A stretch of 64,000 nucleotides of DNA from Tubulanus polymorphus (Eukaryota; Animalia; Nemertea): positions 23,492,950 through 23,556,949 of the forward strand of contig NC_134029.1 in assembly GCF_964204645.1 (NCBI RefSeq). Direction: 5' to 3'. Under the pieces are notes generated by a model, which made no database searches, was not told where the DNA came from, and saw only the letters and a program-made list of their open reading frames with translations. The translations under genes were made by a program, and so were the position numbers. Positions 38,069-52,900 of this stretch are shown here, piece by piece; position 1 is the first letter of the stretch, and each line of letters begins with the position of its first letter.

Positions 38069-41000
38069 GTAAGTTCTTTTCAATGTGAATTTAGTAGGAT
38101 CTATATTTTTATCATTTAGTAAAAGACTGCGTATTAGTAACGATATTGTATAAGCAGCTGATAGAATGATATTTTTCATTTATTGATTTAATACAAATGA
38201 AAAAATACTCTCTAATGGAAAATACGCTCACAGTTATCGGGCTTTAGTTAAGTTTCATTTGGTGGTCGCTTTTCTTCTATACTTGTCATTATGCTGTAGT
38301 CGTGACAACGAGAAAAATTAATTCTACGCGCCGAACATTTTAAGAAATATGAGACGAATCTGAAAACAGCTCTGAAAATAGAAATAAGTTGGTCGCAACT
38401 TCACAGGAATCCAGTGAATAATTTATACGTTAACTCTTACAAAACTTCAACATCTCATGTCTCCAGACAATAGAATTACAGTAAAACATACAATTTTGAA
38501 TTTTATCTTACTTTCATTTTAAACAAAAGCCGATGAAATATTCAATAGAAAATTGATAGGTTTCAGTGTGATTTTTACACCACTCTATTTGTGCTTTCGT
38601 AGATTCTCCAAAGAAGTCGTTAGAGTCGGATTCAGTCCGATCAGTGTAAAATGTGTATAAATTCAAGATCTGAAGTTCCAAATGTATAAACAAGACCGCC
38701 TTAGAATTTCAGATCGAGGGCTATATCTAAACGTGATGGTCTTCAATCGTATGACTAATGTTCAATCGCTAGATTAGCCAATAGAATTGATTTGGTATCG
38801 GACCGGTCTTAAATCTAACCCATAACGGTGCAACTGGCTGTATGTACACAGATTTCGCGTCACGTAGATCAGAAATCTGCTAAACTAATCTACGAATGAT
38901 TATCTTTTCGATGAAACTGTACGTGAACACATCTCATTAATAATAGTATTTGTGGAAGACGACGTAAAGACATAAATAACATTATCAAACAAGTTCAGTA
39001 TTTGGATCCGGTAATGTCTTTCCTACAATGAACAAATAGGTAAATAAGCTAATGTTTTGTAAATAATTGTTTCGTATGGCAGCATTAAATAAACGATTCC
39101 TATGATATCCCATAGCTCCTCCAACAGCTCTAGCTCCTACATCATCCAATCCAACCTAGGCCCGATCCAAGTTTAGCTTATTTAGATTACAAACCAGATG
39201 CAAGATGCATTCATTGAAAAATAGTAGAGAATATTTTTGTTACGGAGAAATTTTATGATTGCCGTCGTTTCTAAGATTGTGTCCGCGTGATGTTGATACT
39301 GTCCATCGGTAGAATTAACACGATCTCATCATTGCCTTAATAATCGTTGTAGTCTTACAATCGTCCTCAAAATCGAAATAGAAATAGATAGAGAAATAAG
39401 ATTTCTGTATCAATTAGCGCAGTCGATTTACACGATTTCATGCAACTAGTTTCCAATCAGTAGGAATTAGATGAAAATGTACACGCGGCGAGGAGAGTGA
39501 AGAAATTCCATCAGTTTAACAACACTCGCCGCACATGGTGAAACACGGGCCTTTGATCGTTATTTCAAGCTACAACCAAGCTGCAACTTTCGCGATGGTG
39601 GCTTTGAATTAAACCATTAACATCGGGTTCACGTTTTAAAATTTTTCTGTCGTGCGATGTTGAACTTAATTCGATCTTAAAGAAGTATTGAAGTCACGTG
39701 ACCTACTGCGTCGAACTTCCCCTTTCTCCATCTTGATGGAGTCTCAAAGATTAGACGCTTACGTGTGCACTCCACAGGTTTTGGAATTTTGTTCAATATA
39801 CTAAATATGGCCTTGAGGGAAATCGCTTATTCCTGATGAGGCTCCAGTGTCACTTAATGGTTTCGATCATTTAATGGATTTTTCCCGCTCTCAGCCGAGA
39901 ACCATAAGGCTTAAGATACATAGTTTCTCATTTCTGCTTAGCTTAAAAGTAGACCCGGCCGGCCGCCTATCTGTCCTGTATATAACTTTTTTTCAATAAT
40001 TCACGATCAAGCTAACCATAACAGACCCGGCATCTATAGAAGTTAACCGATTTCATCGCGGTTTACAGAATGATTATTCGGCCGATTAGGAGAAACAAGG
40101 CATAATTTTTTTGCCTTACTTAAAAATAATGTTGATATACTAACGTTGTATATTTTAACGTGAATTATTTGTCAATACATTATTAGCAATCATCAAAGAA
40201 ACGAAATGTATATTATTTGCTAAATGAATTGAAGTTGAGGCTTGAGAACGTGGTTTAAGGATGACTGTGATACTTGCTTTGATCGAGTTTTATGTAATTA
40301 GTTCGCTGAATGCAGAGTAAGGATGAATAAACGATACGATGTCACTTCAGCTGTTGCTAAACGCCCGCGGTTCCGATAGAGAAAATGTAATGAAATGAAA
40401 GAAAACGCTTTTTTCTGAACTGCTCCGGGCGATCGCCTAATTCCGCGTGTTTTTATAGATGTCTTGAATATTTACGCAACGCTGTAAGTCTGAAACGATT
40501 GTCCCCTCTGTAGCCCTCGAGCTGCTGCTATAGTTCTCGGTTTGATTCTAGGGGTTAAAAATCAGTCCTAAAGTCAAATCATAACTCATAACTGTGCGAA
40601 CTGGGTCGTGAATATTGAACGGACGAATTATCGCATATTAATTTTCATACATCGCAATGGCATCGTTTAATCAATCTTCCTCGACGAAAAGAAGCAGCTG
40701 CCCGTTATTTATATTGCTTTTGTGTTTTGCTACGATTTCACTTCAAAGACTGTCTAATATCTTGTGATGCCTACGCACTCTCATGAGTTAATTATTGGGT
40801 TTGAGATATTTTGAAGCGAACTGTGTACAATTAACTATTCTCGTCACTGTGGATCAAAGGCCAGCATTTTGTTCCCATCTCTGGAGATCGCACTGATTTT
40901 ACCCAGACTACATAATATTATTGTCACATTTTCATCCATGTTTCATAAGTCTCTGTTTGTTTAGACGTCGCTATGGTTACATTAATACTAATCAACGTGA

Positions 41001-44000
41001 TTTTATGAAATCTAACAAATAATTTTGTTAAATATTTCAGTCGGTCTCCGTGTTGCAGAGCTGAAAAGAAGTCGTCTGGTGGTCTGAACACACTTGTCGA
41101 GATGGATTCGTTTTCTTCACTGAGCTATGGCGACCGAATGGTATGTATCTTTCCTATTTTCAAAATTGCTTTTGATTGAAAAGTGAAGATCTATCATGAA
41201 ATGTACCTATAGTTTGTCCGATTAATTGTTTAATATTACGACGATTCAGTTTTGTACCCATAATTTCCTCCCTTGAACTACGAAAATATAGCATTGAACA
41301 TAGGATACTATCCGTTTAGAAACGGATATTTCCGTCAAAAATAAGATTTTTCTGCAGCAGTATCGCTAAATTGTCGATCATGTGTTTGCAAAAAACGGAA
41401 ACTTCCGTAACTATTTTTACAGTGCTATATATCATTTATCGTCTCGTTTCGTTTTGTAAGGTTATTTTTTTTAAAACAATTTATAGCGGTAAAAATTGGA
41501 CACTCAAAGCACTTATTCATTTGACGTTTACCGCGATATTTGATTACAGTAAAACCAATATACGGTTTATATTACATAACTTTGTGCATCAACTGTAAAT
41601 GGAGCTCATGGCTAATCGATCCTATTGTAAAACCTATAATGGACTGAGTTGAGGCCTGAAATATATGTGATGTTAACGGCATTAATCCTGTACGGGACTG
41701 AACAAAATTTCAAGATAGTTCTTCTAATACGAAGTATGAAAGATTGTAACTGATGCTGAATTATCGTCCCGGGGGACGATGTATAACTAACCCAACAGTG
41801 CATGACCAATTCTTTATCGCAATGGATGCGATTTCTAGTGTATCGACCTATGACTTGAGGGGAACGAATTGATTCGAGATTATTTATAATCAACTTGTTG
41901 CGTGGGCTTTATTGAAAAACCAGTGCATTATTCGATATTATGTGTGGTTCTTGTGTTGCCTCATAGATTTGTCAGCACCATGTGGAAAATGTGGAAAACA
42001 ATAAGAGTTCTCACTAAAACGGAAATTCGCTAATCCGCGAATAACTGAATTTCGCTACTTCTTAGTCATTAGTACTTTATATAACTTACATTAATTATGT
42101 TCGTTAGAATTAGAGCAGCTGAATTACTCTAGAATTTGTCGGATTCGAACGAATACTTGTGCGCGAGGCGGCGGGTAATCATTAGCTTCATCAATCCACT
42201 CCAATTTAACACCGGGTCGAATCAAAATATGTAAATAATGCACACGTGTAGGCGATAAGAGTCGGCGGTGAAAATAGCTACAACTGTCCATCTGAACGCC
42301 GACAAATTCAACAAACATAACGTACTAATTAACGATTAGCATGGTAATCTATCAATGATGAATCAATAAACTACGTATACCAGCTATCGACAGGCTTGAA
42401 TACACGATAGCCACGGTAGCAACGCAATTCTTCTATCCGAATCGTGTCTTCGCTACACGAAACGGCGCCCGAAGCTGTCGACCTGAAAAGGAGAAGAAAT
42501 GAAAAATGATAATTTCTGTAGTTTCCTCAAATCCATGGCCTTTCTTAATTACGGGTAAAGAAAATAAAAAATGATGGGTAAAGAAAATAAAAAATAAAAA
42601 GATTCATAATAGGCTTTTTATAATGGAAGGAAACAGGTAAAAATAATATACATTTTAGGTTTTCTTGAATCCATTAGATTTGAGAAAACTAATATATGTT
42701 ATTCCTTATTATATCTTGAGGAAACACTGTGTTAATAAACGGTTAAATCCCTCGAAAAAAGAGCCCGAAAGCTTTCATTGTCAAAATATTAGCTCGAGGA
42801 AACATTTCAGATTCGACTCGTTTTGTGGGATTTAAGCGTATTTTTCTGGAATCTGAATGAGATCTTTAAACAAAATCTAATCGGACTGATGATCGCATTC
42901 CGTTCTAAATCTCTTCGTATATATATGTCTTATCTAGTAGCTTATACTGCGAAGTATTTTGCTTTTTCTGATAATAATATGGCGGCCTGTCGTGACAGAT
43001 CAATTACAGCCGCCGCCGTCGCTAACTATTGAACCGCATTAAAGAATGATTTCTCAAGAGAATTCACCCATACGGGAAACCTCTACAATTTACAACGGTA
43101 AAGATATGGTTTCACAATATCGTCGTATTTAAGGTAAAACAATCATTTCATTTTTCACGGTTCTCTAAAGATCACTGTCACAGTTGATGGGCGCGTTCTG
43201 TAACGTCGCAAAACCTTAGACTATTAGAAAAACCATAATGGGTTAAGATTGAACAGCGTCTTCAAATGCCAACAAAGATTTTACATTTACCCGCAGTTGT
43301 TTTCTGAACAAACCGATAAATCCGCACCTTGAACGCTGTGCAAACTTCCATTTATTAAAACGGCCGCGTTCAGTGGCTTACAGTCTTTCCTCGTCTCCTG
43401 ACATGTTTTCTCAGAAACGCATTCTCCGCTAACGACAATATCAATCCATACTTCATTTTATATCCCTGAAAATCCGCATCATCAACGATCACTAATTCAC
43501 TGACAGTTATAACCATTTTCAGACTTCAGTGCCCAGTTGCGCAGTCGTGACATAAGCTACTAAGTGGTCGTCAATCATAAGACAAGTTTCAAAGTTGTTG
43601 GATAGACTTAAAAAACTTAGTCGGTCATAGACTTGCTTTAAAATCTGAGCCATGACTGGCCCTTGGATCTAATAAACGAAGTGCCTCCTGACGTCCTCAC
43701 CGGTTACATGTCTACTTTTCAGGTTCATATTTCTTCGCCGTATATGAGTAGGCTAATTTTGATATCACCCCAAAGACTTTGCTGTTAATTCGAAATCAAG
43801 CCGCCTGTTTCGCTCTCGGCAGGTGTGGTGGGTTTGTAAGGGACACTCGATCAAAATAGATAAAAATCAAACGAAAATTACCAACCAAATGAATAACAGG
43901 GACAATCCCTATTCTAAAATCAAAAGACTAGAGGTCATCCGAGTCAACTGTTTCTACAATATAATTCCCCCATGATCAGCCTCATTAAAAAGAATTTGTT

Positions 44001-44832
44001 TGCGATATCAGATGCACTCAGTCATTTATCTGAGATCATCGGTCATTTCAACCACTGGTCCGGGGGAGTAGTAGAAATTTAGGTAAATGAATACAATTGA
44101 ATAATCAAAATAATTGATGTTGATAAAACTTATTCTCACAAAGAAAAACAAACATTACGGAGTCAGATTTCAGCGCAATGTGATAGTCGTTGGGTAGACA
44201 AGTTTCCATGGAAACCACTAGATGTCGGTTGTGTAGAGCGGATCATCATCGGAAAAACTGAATTATTCAATAGTAATTATTTGAAAAAATATTTTTCGTC
44301 CTTTAATTATTGCTGTTGATTATATCCATAACAACACATAAGATAGAATCAGAATCTGGTATTTTTTTCATAAACCCATGAATAGTTTTTACAGACTTAA
44401 TTGACATCGACGCCGTCGACGAGTTATTCTTCCAAGTGTTGTGGCGCGTTCCTCCCAAATGTCCCATTGCTTATTCATAAACATCCATTGAAGGCCGATG
44501 TCAATAGCGTGTAACTGCATTAATTGCATTGTTATCAAGAGCGTTTCGAGTGCCTGCGCTTCGGAGAATTCACGTATATTTGTAAAAGGCCTTGGTTATG
44601 ATATTTCTGAAAATATTCAAATTCAAAATGTTTCCAATAAAACAGGGACCGTTTTATTACACGCGAGGATTGTATTTAAGAGCCTATACACGACGATATG
44701 AAGTACCCGTTACGCGGAAACGATTCGGCTCCTGAATTTGAATGAATGGCACTCCTTAACGAGTTCAAGCTCATTTAATTTTACTGAAGAAGATAAAGAA
44801 TTGAATTTTTCAACTAGCAACTAGATAAGTTA

Positions 44833-44998
44833 CAGCGGAACCTAGTTACAGTGAACTATAAAGGACCAGTTCGTTGTAACCGATAGTTCGTTATATCCCG
44901 TATGGGATTGATTGAATTTTCTTGCTTGGGATGAAATTATATATTTATTTAATCCGATGAATCGTTTTATCCGAGTTCGTTGTAACGAGGTTCCACTA
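44833..44998. mobile_element. Tc1/mariner-pogo (Tigger-like) MITE
   Basis: TA flanks. Left TIR cagcggaacctagttacagtgaac versus right-end reverse complement tagtggaacctcgttacaacgaac. Internal repeats of gttcgtt(g/a)ta. Confidence 0.75.
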
Positions 44999-47867
44999 TA
45001 TATATGTGATATAATCTATTAGATAGGTGGGGCAATTAGGTAGATTATTAAGGCGTGTTTCTTATTACCTTCAAAGGGCGAGTGGCGTTCCAATTAATTT
45101 CCTAATTCAAATCCTGGAACACGTGAAATTGGCATTTGCGCGCGGAGCGACCGTCTAGAACAGCGTTCCGTAATTACAAACTCATCAGCTATAGCCATAG
45201 ACCTCATATTGTGTTAGTGACTCACGATGTGTTAACGGGGTTCGAACTCAAAGGGTTCACGAAAAATTAGAGTTCCGCTACTTCTGGAGTCCCAAAATAT
45301 TCGATCCCCTTGTCTCTATTTTCCACACAGAAAATTCTGGCTACACCGCTGTTAGTATTCCATCCCTGTGATCATTCCGGTCGAAGGGCACATTTTTTCA
45401 ACGATCTTTGAAGATATCTCCGACAGACCGCGCAGTCAGACAGCGTTATTTCCGTCAAGCGCTAGTTGATATTTGTACAAAGCAACCGGTGACGTCCATT
45501 TTGACTGACAATAATAATGATGCGTGTAATGAATACACGTGACACCAGTCTTTATAAGTACACGTGAACCCTTTTTGTTTTTAAGTATTCATTGCTACGA
45601 ATGCTTGACCGACCGACTGCTGTAAGAATGTATTCTCTCTATTCTCTGAGTGGCTTAATTCTTATTCAGTGAGTTCACGCTCGCTGATATAATCATAGTT
45701 ACGGATATTACCGGGTGTAGGCAATATTCCCAAGCGGCTAATCATAATTCATACAGTGTCTATTCATGCCGGAAGCTATGGTACGATTTACTGTCGACTC
45801 GTCACGGTTATTTGTAACAATAAATTGTTGTCACACATTTCCGGTTAACAATACTGACCGGAATATATCAGCGTCAATTGTTCGGTTTTTATCGCTGGCC
45901 CCGCGTATAGCGACGTTAGAATATTCACTTCTTAAACTGTTCTTCTGTGTCGTATTTTCGGAGTTCACCGATTTAATGCGACTGTCACATTTTGATGGCA
46001 AAAAATCTAAACCACCCCGATGAATAAAACAAATCAAAATAACATGCACATTTTCGTCTCGGAGCGAAATGGCTTTCTGATGGCTTGCATAATATCCACG
46101 CCTGTCAACGACTAGAATAACAAAAACGTTGCTACTATAGTGACTGGTCCGCGCCAAGTACAAAAGAAAATTCCGACGCAATATTCCATGCAAAGAAAAA
46201 AAATAATATCGTTTCGTATTTGCTCCCATTTTTGCTTAGAAAAAGAAATCACCGCGCAAAAACGTGTGATTGATTCGATCAGGGATATGGATTCCAGGTT
46301 TTGTTCACCGCTGATCGTTTCCGTATAGGTTAGGCAATGTCACAGCTTCACCTCGCGCGATCATAATTGACTGATGACTGGGTTCGGCTATCTTAATGTT
46401 TTATCGTGAAAAAATTCAGCCGAATACTTGTTAACCTCCACTGGAAGGTATAGCACCCGGGTTATTCTATTAGTACAGATTGCTAATTATGAGAAGCTGT
46501 CACTGCTGGGAGGATTCGATCACACCATCCAATCAGCAGCCAATCAATCAAAGCTCAAATACGTGCAAACCGTGCGTCGAATCTTGAAAGGAAGGTGAAT
46601 AAAAAAAAGTTATTGAATTATATCCTCGTATTCGGTTGTTAGGATGTGAAGTTAAGCCTCGGTCCTGAAAATTGAATTGAATATTTCTTACACGAGACTG
46701 ATTTTAACTTCCAGGAAACGTTTGTGTCGAATTAAAGACATCTGAAATCAGTTAGGACTCGATCTCGTTTTTCTCATTCACATACATTCGATTCGATATA
46801 GACGACGGAAACACGTGGTGCATTTTTCAAAAGCTTTTCACAAATATCATTATTAGTTGATATCGTGCTGAATGTTTCTGGTTACTCTCGTTTAAATGAT
46901 ACTTATCCCGACGGTTGAGTCGTTCAAGCTCTGCAACTTCGAGCTCCGCAGACATAACGCAAGACCAATAATAAGGATGCTTAAATGCGAATTGCCTGGT
47001 TCGCCATCTCAGAAAGTTCGTTCGTGTCGATGAGGATTTGTGTGAATAATTGATGGATGATGAGATTTCTACATATATCTAAACCTCATGACAACAGCTA
47101 CGGAAACTTTATAGCGTGACTACTCATAGGCATTGCCACAAATGATTGTCGTAATTTTCTTCTGCCCACTGAAAGTGAAAATGTAGAAGATCAAACACGC
47201 CAAGTGTGACGACGGTATTTTGTCTTCGAAAAGTGACGACTGTCCGTCACGAAGGTCTATTCAAATGACATACGCCATCATTAACTTCAACCCTCCCCCT
47301 TCAAATTTACCTACCTATCTTCATTCTCAGCTATACGAATCCCAAAGTTTCTTTTCTACTGGGACTATTCGATCACTTTCAAACTGTCCGTTTTGTAGGT
47401 TATCCGTGTCGCAAACGACGGAATGTTTTAACTTTCAACCGCAGAAATATATGTCATTTTTCTAAGGAAATTTATCATTTCGCAGTGACTATGAATTAGA
47501 CAGACAGTATCGTTCTAAAGATAATAGCACGCTAGCTGCCCATACCCACTAGTCTCACCAGTGATGGATTGTCTTCTACCCAAAAAATGTAGATTGACAA
47601 TTCATCAATTCCCAATTGGGGCGCCATTTTCTCAATTGGAAGAAAGTCTTTTTCAGTAACTCATGCAGGAAAACTGAATAGCAAATTGCAGCTGGCGTGA
47701 ATGGACTATAAGAGCGCGTGTCGACGCATTGAAATACACGTCTTCGTAAATCGACTGAATTGATTAGGAGCATGAACTTTTTGGAGAATAGATAGCTGTA
47801 TCACACTCGTTTAGCTTGGAGACAAACGAAGACATCACTCACGTTTATTCTATTGATTTCAATGACT

Positions 47868-48427
47868 GGATCCCTGTTCGTACCTCCGGTCCAGGTTCGT
47901 ACCTCCGGATCCCTGTTAGTACCTCCGGATCCCTGTTAGTACCTCCGGATCCCTGTTAGTACCTCCGGATCCCTGTTAGTACCTCCGGATCCCTGTTCGT
48001 ACCTCCGGATCCCTGTTAGTACCTCCGGATCCCTGTTAGTACCTCCGGATCCCTGTTAGTACCTCCGGATCCCTGTTCGTACCTCCGGATCCCTGTTAGT
48101 ACCTCCGGATCCCTGTTAGTACCTCCGGATCCCTGTTCGTACCTCCGGATCCCTGTCCGTTACCTCCGGATCCCTGTTAGTACCTCCGGATCCCTGTTCG
48201 TACCTCCGGATCCCTGTTCGTACCTCCGGATCCCTGTTAGTACCTCCGGATCCCTGTTCGTACCTCCGGATCCCTGTTAGTACCTCCGGATCCCTGTTAG
48301 TACCTCCGGATCCCTGTTCGTACCTCCGGATCCCTGTCCGTTACCTCCGGATCCCTGTTAGTACCTCCTGATCCCTGTTAGTACCTCCGGATCCCTGTTA
48401 GTACCTCCGGATCCCTGTTAGTACCTC
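47868..48427 (+). repeat. Minisatellite, 20-bp unit GGATCCCTGTT(A/C)GTACCTCC, 28 units
   Basis: Head-to-tail copies with no spacers. One 19-bp variant and two 21-bp variants. Confidence 0.97.
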
Positions 48428-49720
48428 AATTCTATTTTTTTTGTGCTTTATTTTCGTCATCAACGCTGAAATAATCGTCATGATCCACTTTATTTTCGAC
48501 ACCCACGTCAGATTTCGATAAACTAACATCCCACGATTTCCGTTCTTAATTTAAAAAAAAAAACAAATTTAATCCTCAGCATCTGTGAGTAGAAAGAGTT
48601 TTCAGCACTGCTTTCGATGATATGTTATGCACGAAGGAGTCTTTCTTTGCCTCTCAGCCAATCACGAGCGAGTTCTCGCTCGGTAGCTGTGAAATCAACG
48701 CATTTCTCTGTCCTCCGCCGTTTCAGTCGTGCGACGGCGGATTCTAGCATCATTTAAAACCTTTTATTCCTGTGCGACATCATCAATTTCAGGAGCGAAT
48801 TAAACTGCGTTCTGCGTGAAATTTCAAGGTAAGGCGACATTTCCAAATTACTGCTCATTTAAATCAAGCGCGTCGGTAGTGGTTGTAAAAGTTCATGAAT
48901 GTACGAAAAGAGACTTTTACTATCACGCTTTAACATTTTGATTTCATTTTTGTTTTTTATCTGAATCGTTTTTGAGAGTAGGCGTGTTGTGCGTGATTTA
49001 TGATATTTTTCAAAAACATATTCGCTTTTTGATATTACACCGTTATGAATTTCCATCCATACCTACGTGAATCGGGTTTTACTGACAGGTTAAAGTGACA
49101 AGTCGTAAAGGAAATTTTGAAAATGGCTCATAGAATTGAGTCGAAACGTTTGATCCTCTTTTTTGCATTTTCTTGTGGGTTTTTTACTTTATTTTAAGTG
49201 ATATATTCTTTGAAACTAAACCCGAGTCAACACACACGACTACATTCGGTTTATTGCACTTCGCTGTAACGGAGCACCGATTGCACTGGATGTTTGTTCG
49301 TTGCCTTATTCGATCAGTTTACGGCGCGGTTCCGCGTTAGGAATTCCTCAATTACGATTCAATCACACTGACTCTAATTGCACCTGTGTGTGCCGTGTGT
49401 GCCGTGTGTGCTGTGTAGGTATATAGATGGGCTATCGACGTAAACCTTTCCTGTAACGTTTCCTTTTCCGTTTAAAAACAACGAGAGAATTGATTTTTCC
49501 TGATTATTTGAATTAGCTACTTGTTTATACCGGTCAATGTCCGTTTATAGGAAATATCATAAAGCTATTATTTTTTCCCGCGATATCTCAACCGAGTAAA
49601 GCTATCGTTACGCTCAGTGCACAAAGGTCACCGTTATCGACGGTGACATTTTGTTTTTGCAGGTAGCGAACGAAATCTCTAATCATCCAATATGTATATT
49701 TACCACGTCCGGCCGCACCC

Positions 49721-49903
49721 AAGTCCAACGCACACGACACAGGGAAACACGGAATCAAACATCTCGAAAATATTTTTCGGGAAACATTGTTTCCAGAAAC
49801 CGTGTTTCTCGTTCCTCGTTAACGCACACGATGCAGGGAAACGCTCGGAAACATGTTTTCGTCTCCTGTTTCCTCGTTTCCCTGCGTCGTTTGCGTCAGG
49901 CTT
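49721..49903. mobile_element. MITE-like foldback element (possibly Harbinger-type)
   Basis: Left end aagtccaacgcacacgacacagggaaac versus right-end reverse complement aagcctgacgcaaacgacgcagggaaac. An internal repeat of acgcacacga..cagggaaac is also present. Confidence 0.65.
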
Positions 49904-52900
49904 TACTAAAACTCGCTGTACCATGACGTAGCTGATGAAATCGTTAAGAAAAGTCTCTAATGCATAGCTGCTATTTTCGTAATCCTTTTCATCGCTCATT
50001 GACGAGAATTTTAAAACCATTGATAAATGAATCATGAATAACTTAATTTAAGCCATGTATAAGATTGGAAATTCATGCTCATGGGTCGATTAATATAGAA
50101 CGATTATTTCAGCAATCCTAGTAAAACTGATATATTGAAACTTAATGGAAAATATGTAAACGCAGTTTCTATCTTAGAATTGACATTTTCGGTTTCTCTG
50201 CGCTCTGTCTTCCTTTCAATCATATATTTCAGTGCAGCTATTATTGCAATTACATGTATAAGCGATAATTGTGATAACAACCTCTTCTGTTGGCTGTGTC
50301 AGGTATAATTTGTGGTGTTGCGGTGAAATGTCCAAATGAAAGTCATGTATAAGTTCAGTTCAGTCACATTGACTATTCCGGAAGGACACACTCGATGATA
50401 TGAATAATCATTGATACACTGACTATGGTTTTTAAAACCCGATTGAATCGTCTGCTGCGTGTTTTTCCTTTTTTGGTGACACAGTTCATTTGACAAGTAC
50501 AGGATAGAACCCCGACTAAAGATAGTAATGACTGGTTTTCCTAAGCCTAAGGTCAAATCCGCCCCGATCGTCTGCGATGTCGCCGATTCGACAAAGACTC
50601 GTTTGTTGGATCCCAGCTACGCTCAGGTCACCTGAGATCCACGATCCAGAACCGAATACTGATGTATACATTGCTGTTCATTGACTACGAGCTTGCGACC
50701 AATCGTAAGAACACTCAGGACACATCACATTCAATCCGTTTGTCGCAAGAAATAGAACATTTCCGATTCTCTTATCACTGTCTGCGATCAGTTTTAACGA
50801 TCTGAAGTACACTCAAATCTGCGAATGACTGTCGATTCCTCACGTTCCGACGATCGAGTCGGATCTTATGCGACTTGAGTCGTTATGAATATAACGGTAA
50901 CCATAAAAGTGACTTTTCTCCTACGATAATCGTCTTAGATTTAATTCAATATTCAGTTTATTGCTCCAACGAAGTATATGTAATGGGCACAGATATTACA
51001 GTATATTTTATTACAATTAAACGAGAGACGCCGAGTAGAAAGCAATTAACCGAAGACTAAGAAAATTTATTGAGAGGCAGGTATATCTACTGATGCTTTT
51101 GCGCGCTGGAAAAATTAATTACTTCGTTAATTCTGATTGTCATTGAAACTGGCAGGTCGTATGTCGATTGTCGAATAATTGGAAGACTTTTAGATTCCTC
51201 GTTAAAAGATACCTCTTTATTATCGTTTTATCATCTTTTCCGAATCATTAGAAATATATCAATTAGATAATTCATTCCGTGGCCAACTTCGTAAAAACAT
51301 ATGTATACATATATTTTGGATATTTACTTGAGCCTTGATATCATATGACGATTGCATGTACGCCATCATGTTGTAATCTACGATAATAGATTTCTTTTTC
51401 GACGAACGATCAAACTTGCCGTCAACATCGACTTTCGGCAAGACCAGAAAAAACTATTTGACGTGCACGGAATTGTTCAATAGCAATAATACAAATCTGT
51501 CTGACTCCTTTCATTAAGATTAGATTAATCTCAGTTCCCCTTCAAAAAGTGACAGAAAATACACTGTCTCATTTCCCGGATTTAACACCTTTGCGCAACG
51601 CTTAAAATAACATCTAAAAACGGATTTTCTTCTGAATTATGCATTTCCACACTCAAAGATAATCGCATTATTATCATGATGGATTGCAATTTTTCTTGTT
51701 TGTTTTTATGATCTCATTTCTTTTAATACCCCAATGAATCTATAAGAGGGTTATAGAGAATTCAATATACCTCGAGTATCAGCTTTTATAAGAAACACAT
51801 TGCAAATTTACTAAAGAAATAATCGAATAGAATTTTTGTATATTCATTCAATACCAGAAAAGTGATAATCGCTATATATAGAAACAGATTCACTTACTAA
51901 CAGTTTTATTTTTTGAATTTTAATATGATATATCGATGACGTCAATCAGGTATGAAAATGTCAGCGGAACCGTCATATTTGATAAAAATCTCCTTACATT
52001 CGTCTCTCCGCGAATATCAACTACGCAATATCAGTAATCTGTGCAAATCCGATTCATTATTGAATCCACGTTTGAGAAGAAGGTGGAAACATCAAAAGTC
52101 AGACAAAGATATTTTTCTCGCCGCCATATTTCCACTATACCCACTCAGCCCGAAGGTAAGGCGTCTTTATGTCTAAGCTAGTCGTGGTATGGTCGGTATT
52201 TCCCGTTTTCATTTTCTCTGAATCAAGACTATTTGTTTTGTTCGATTTGTTTGTATTAAGTCGAACGAATGATGTTGGTAATTTTCAAATACAAGACAAG
52301 AAATTGTATGAATATCTTTGCAGCAAAATTCGCCATTTGATACCAATATGTGTAACGAATGTCCGATCTGTGTCACCTTTCGTGACAACGGTCCATTAGA
52401 TAATCTGCTCGCCTTGTCCTGGGCAATAAATTACCATAAGAGACTGTAACTAGGATACGCTGTGGTTTTTGTAAGTATTTGCGAGAGTAATTACTAGTCT
52501 TACTGCGGGACCGCGTGATGGATTGATTTGTTTAATGAACGGCTCCGATAGGCGCATATAGACCATACAATGCGACATAAAACTTGATTACCAAACGACA
52601 CACATGGCCGTTAAACCATCCTAAACACTCGTATAAATTAACATCTAGATTCTACAGCAAACATGGCTCCATCAGATGGGATCAAGTTACACGATAATTC
52701 GATTTTTCCCTTTTCGTCTATTCTATAATTTGTACCTAAATGCAATTGAATGTGTTATCAGATAAATGTTCGTAATTCAAAAATACCCAACATATCATAG
52801 AGTAGAATAAGTCGCCCATTTTACCAGATGGATTAGCGAAAACTACAGTTAACTATTAACTACTATCAGTCTGATTCGACACCATTTTATCACGGCTACT

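Noticed and set aside
45766-46328. Overlapping ORFs of 85, 132 and 62 aa
   Set aside because: No domain motifs or splice-consistent partners; within the range expected for random ORFs.
47868-48427. CRISPR-like array
   Set aside because: The units are directly head-to-tail with no unique spacers, there are no cas genes, and the context is eukaryotic. It is a minisatellite.
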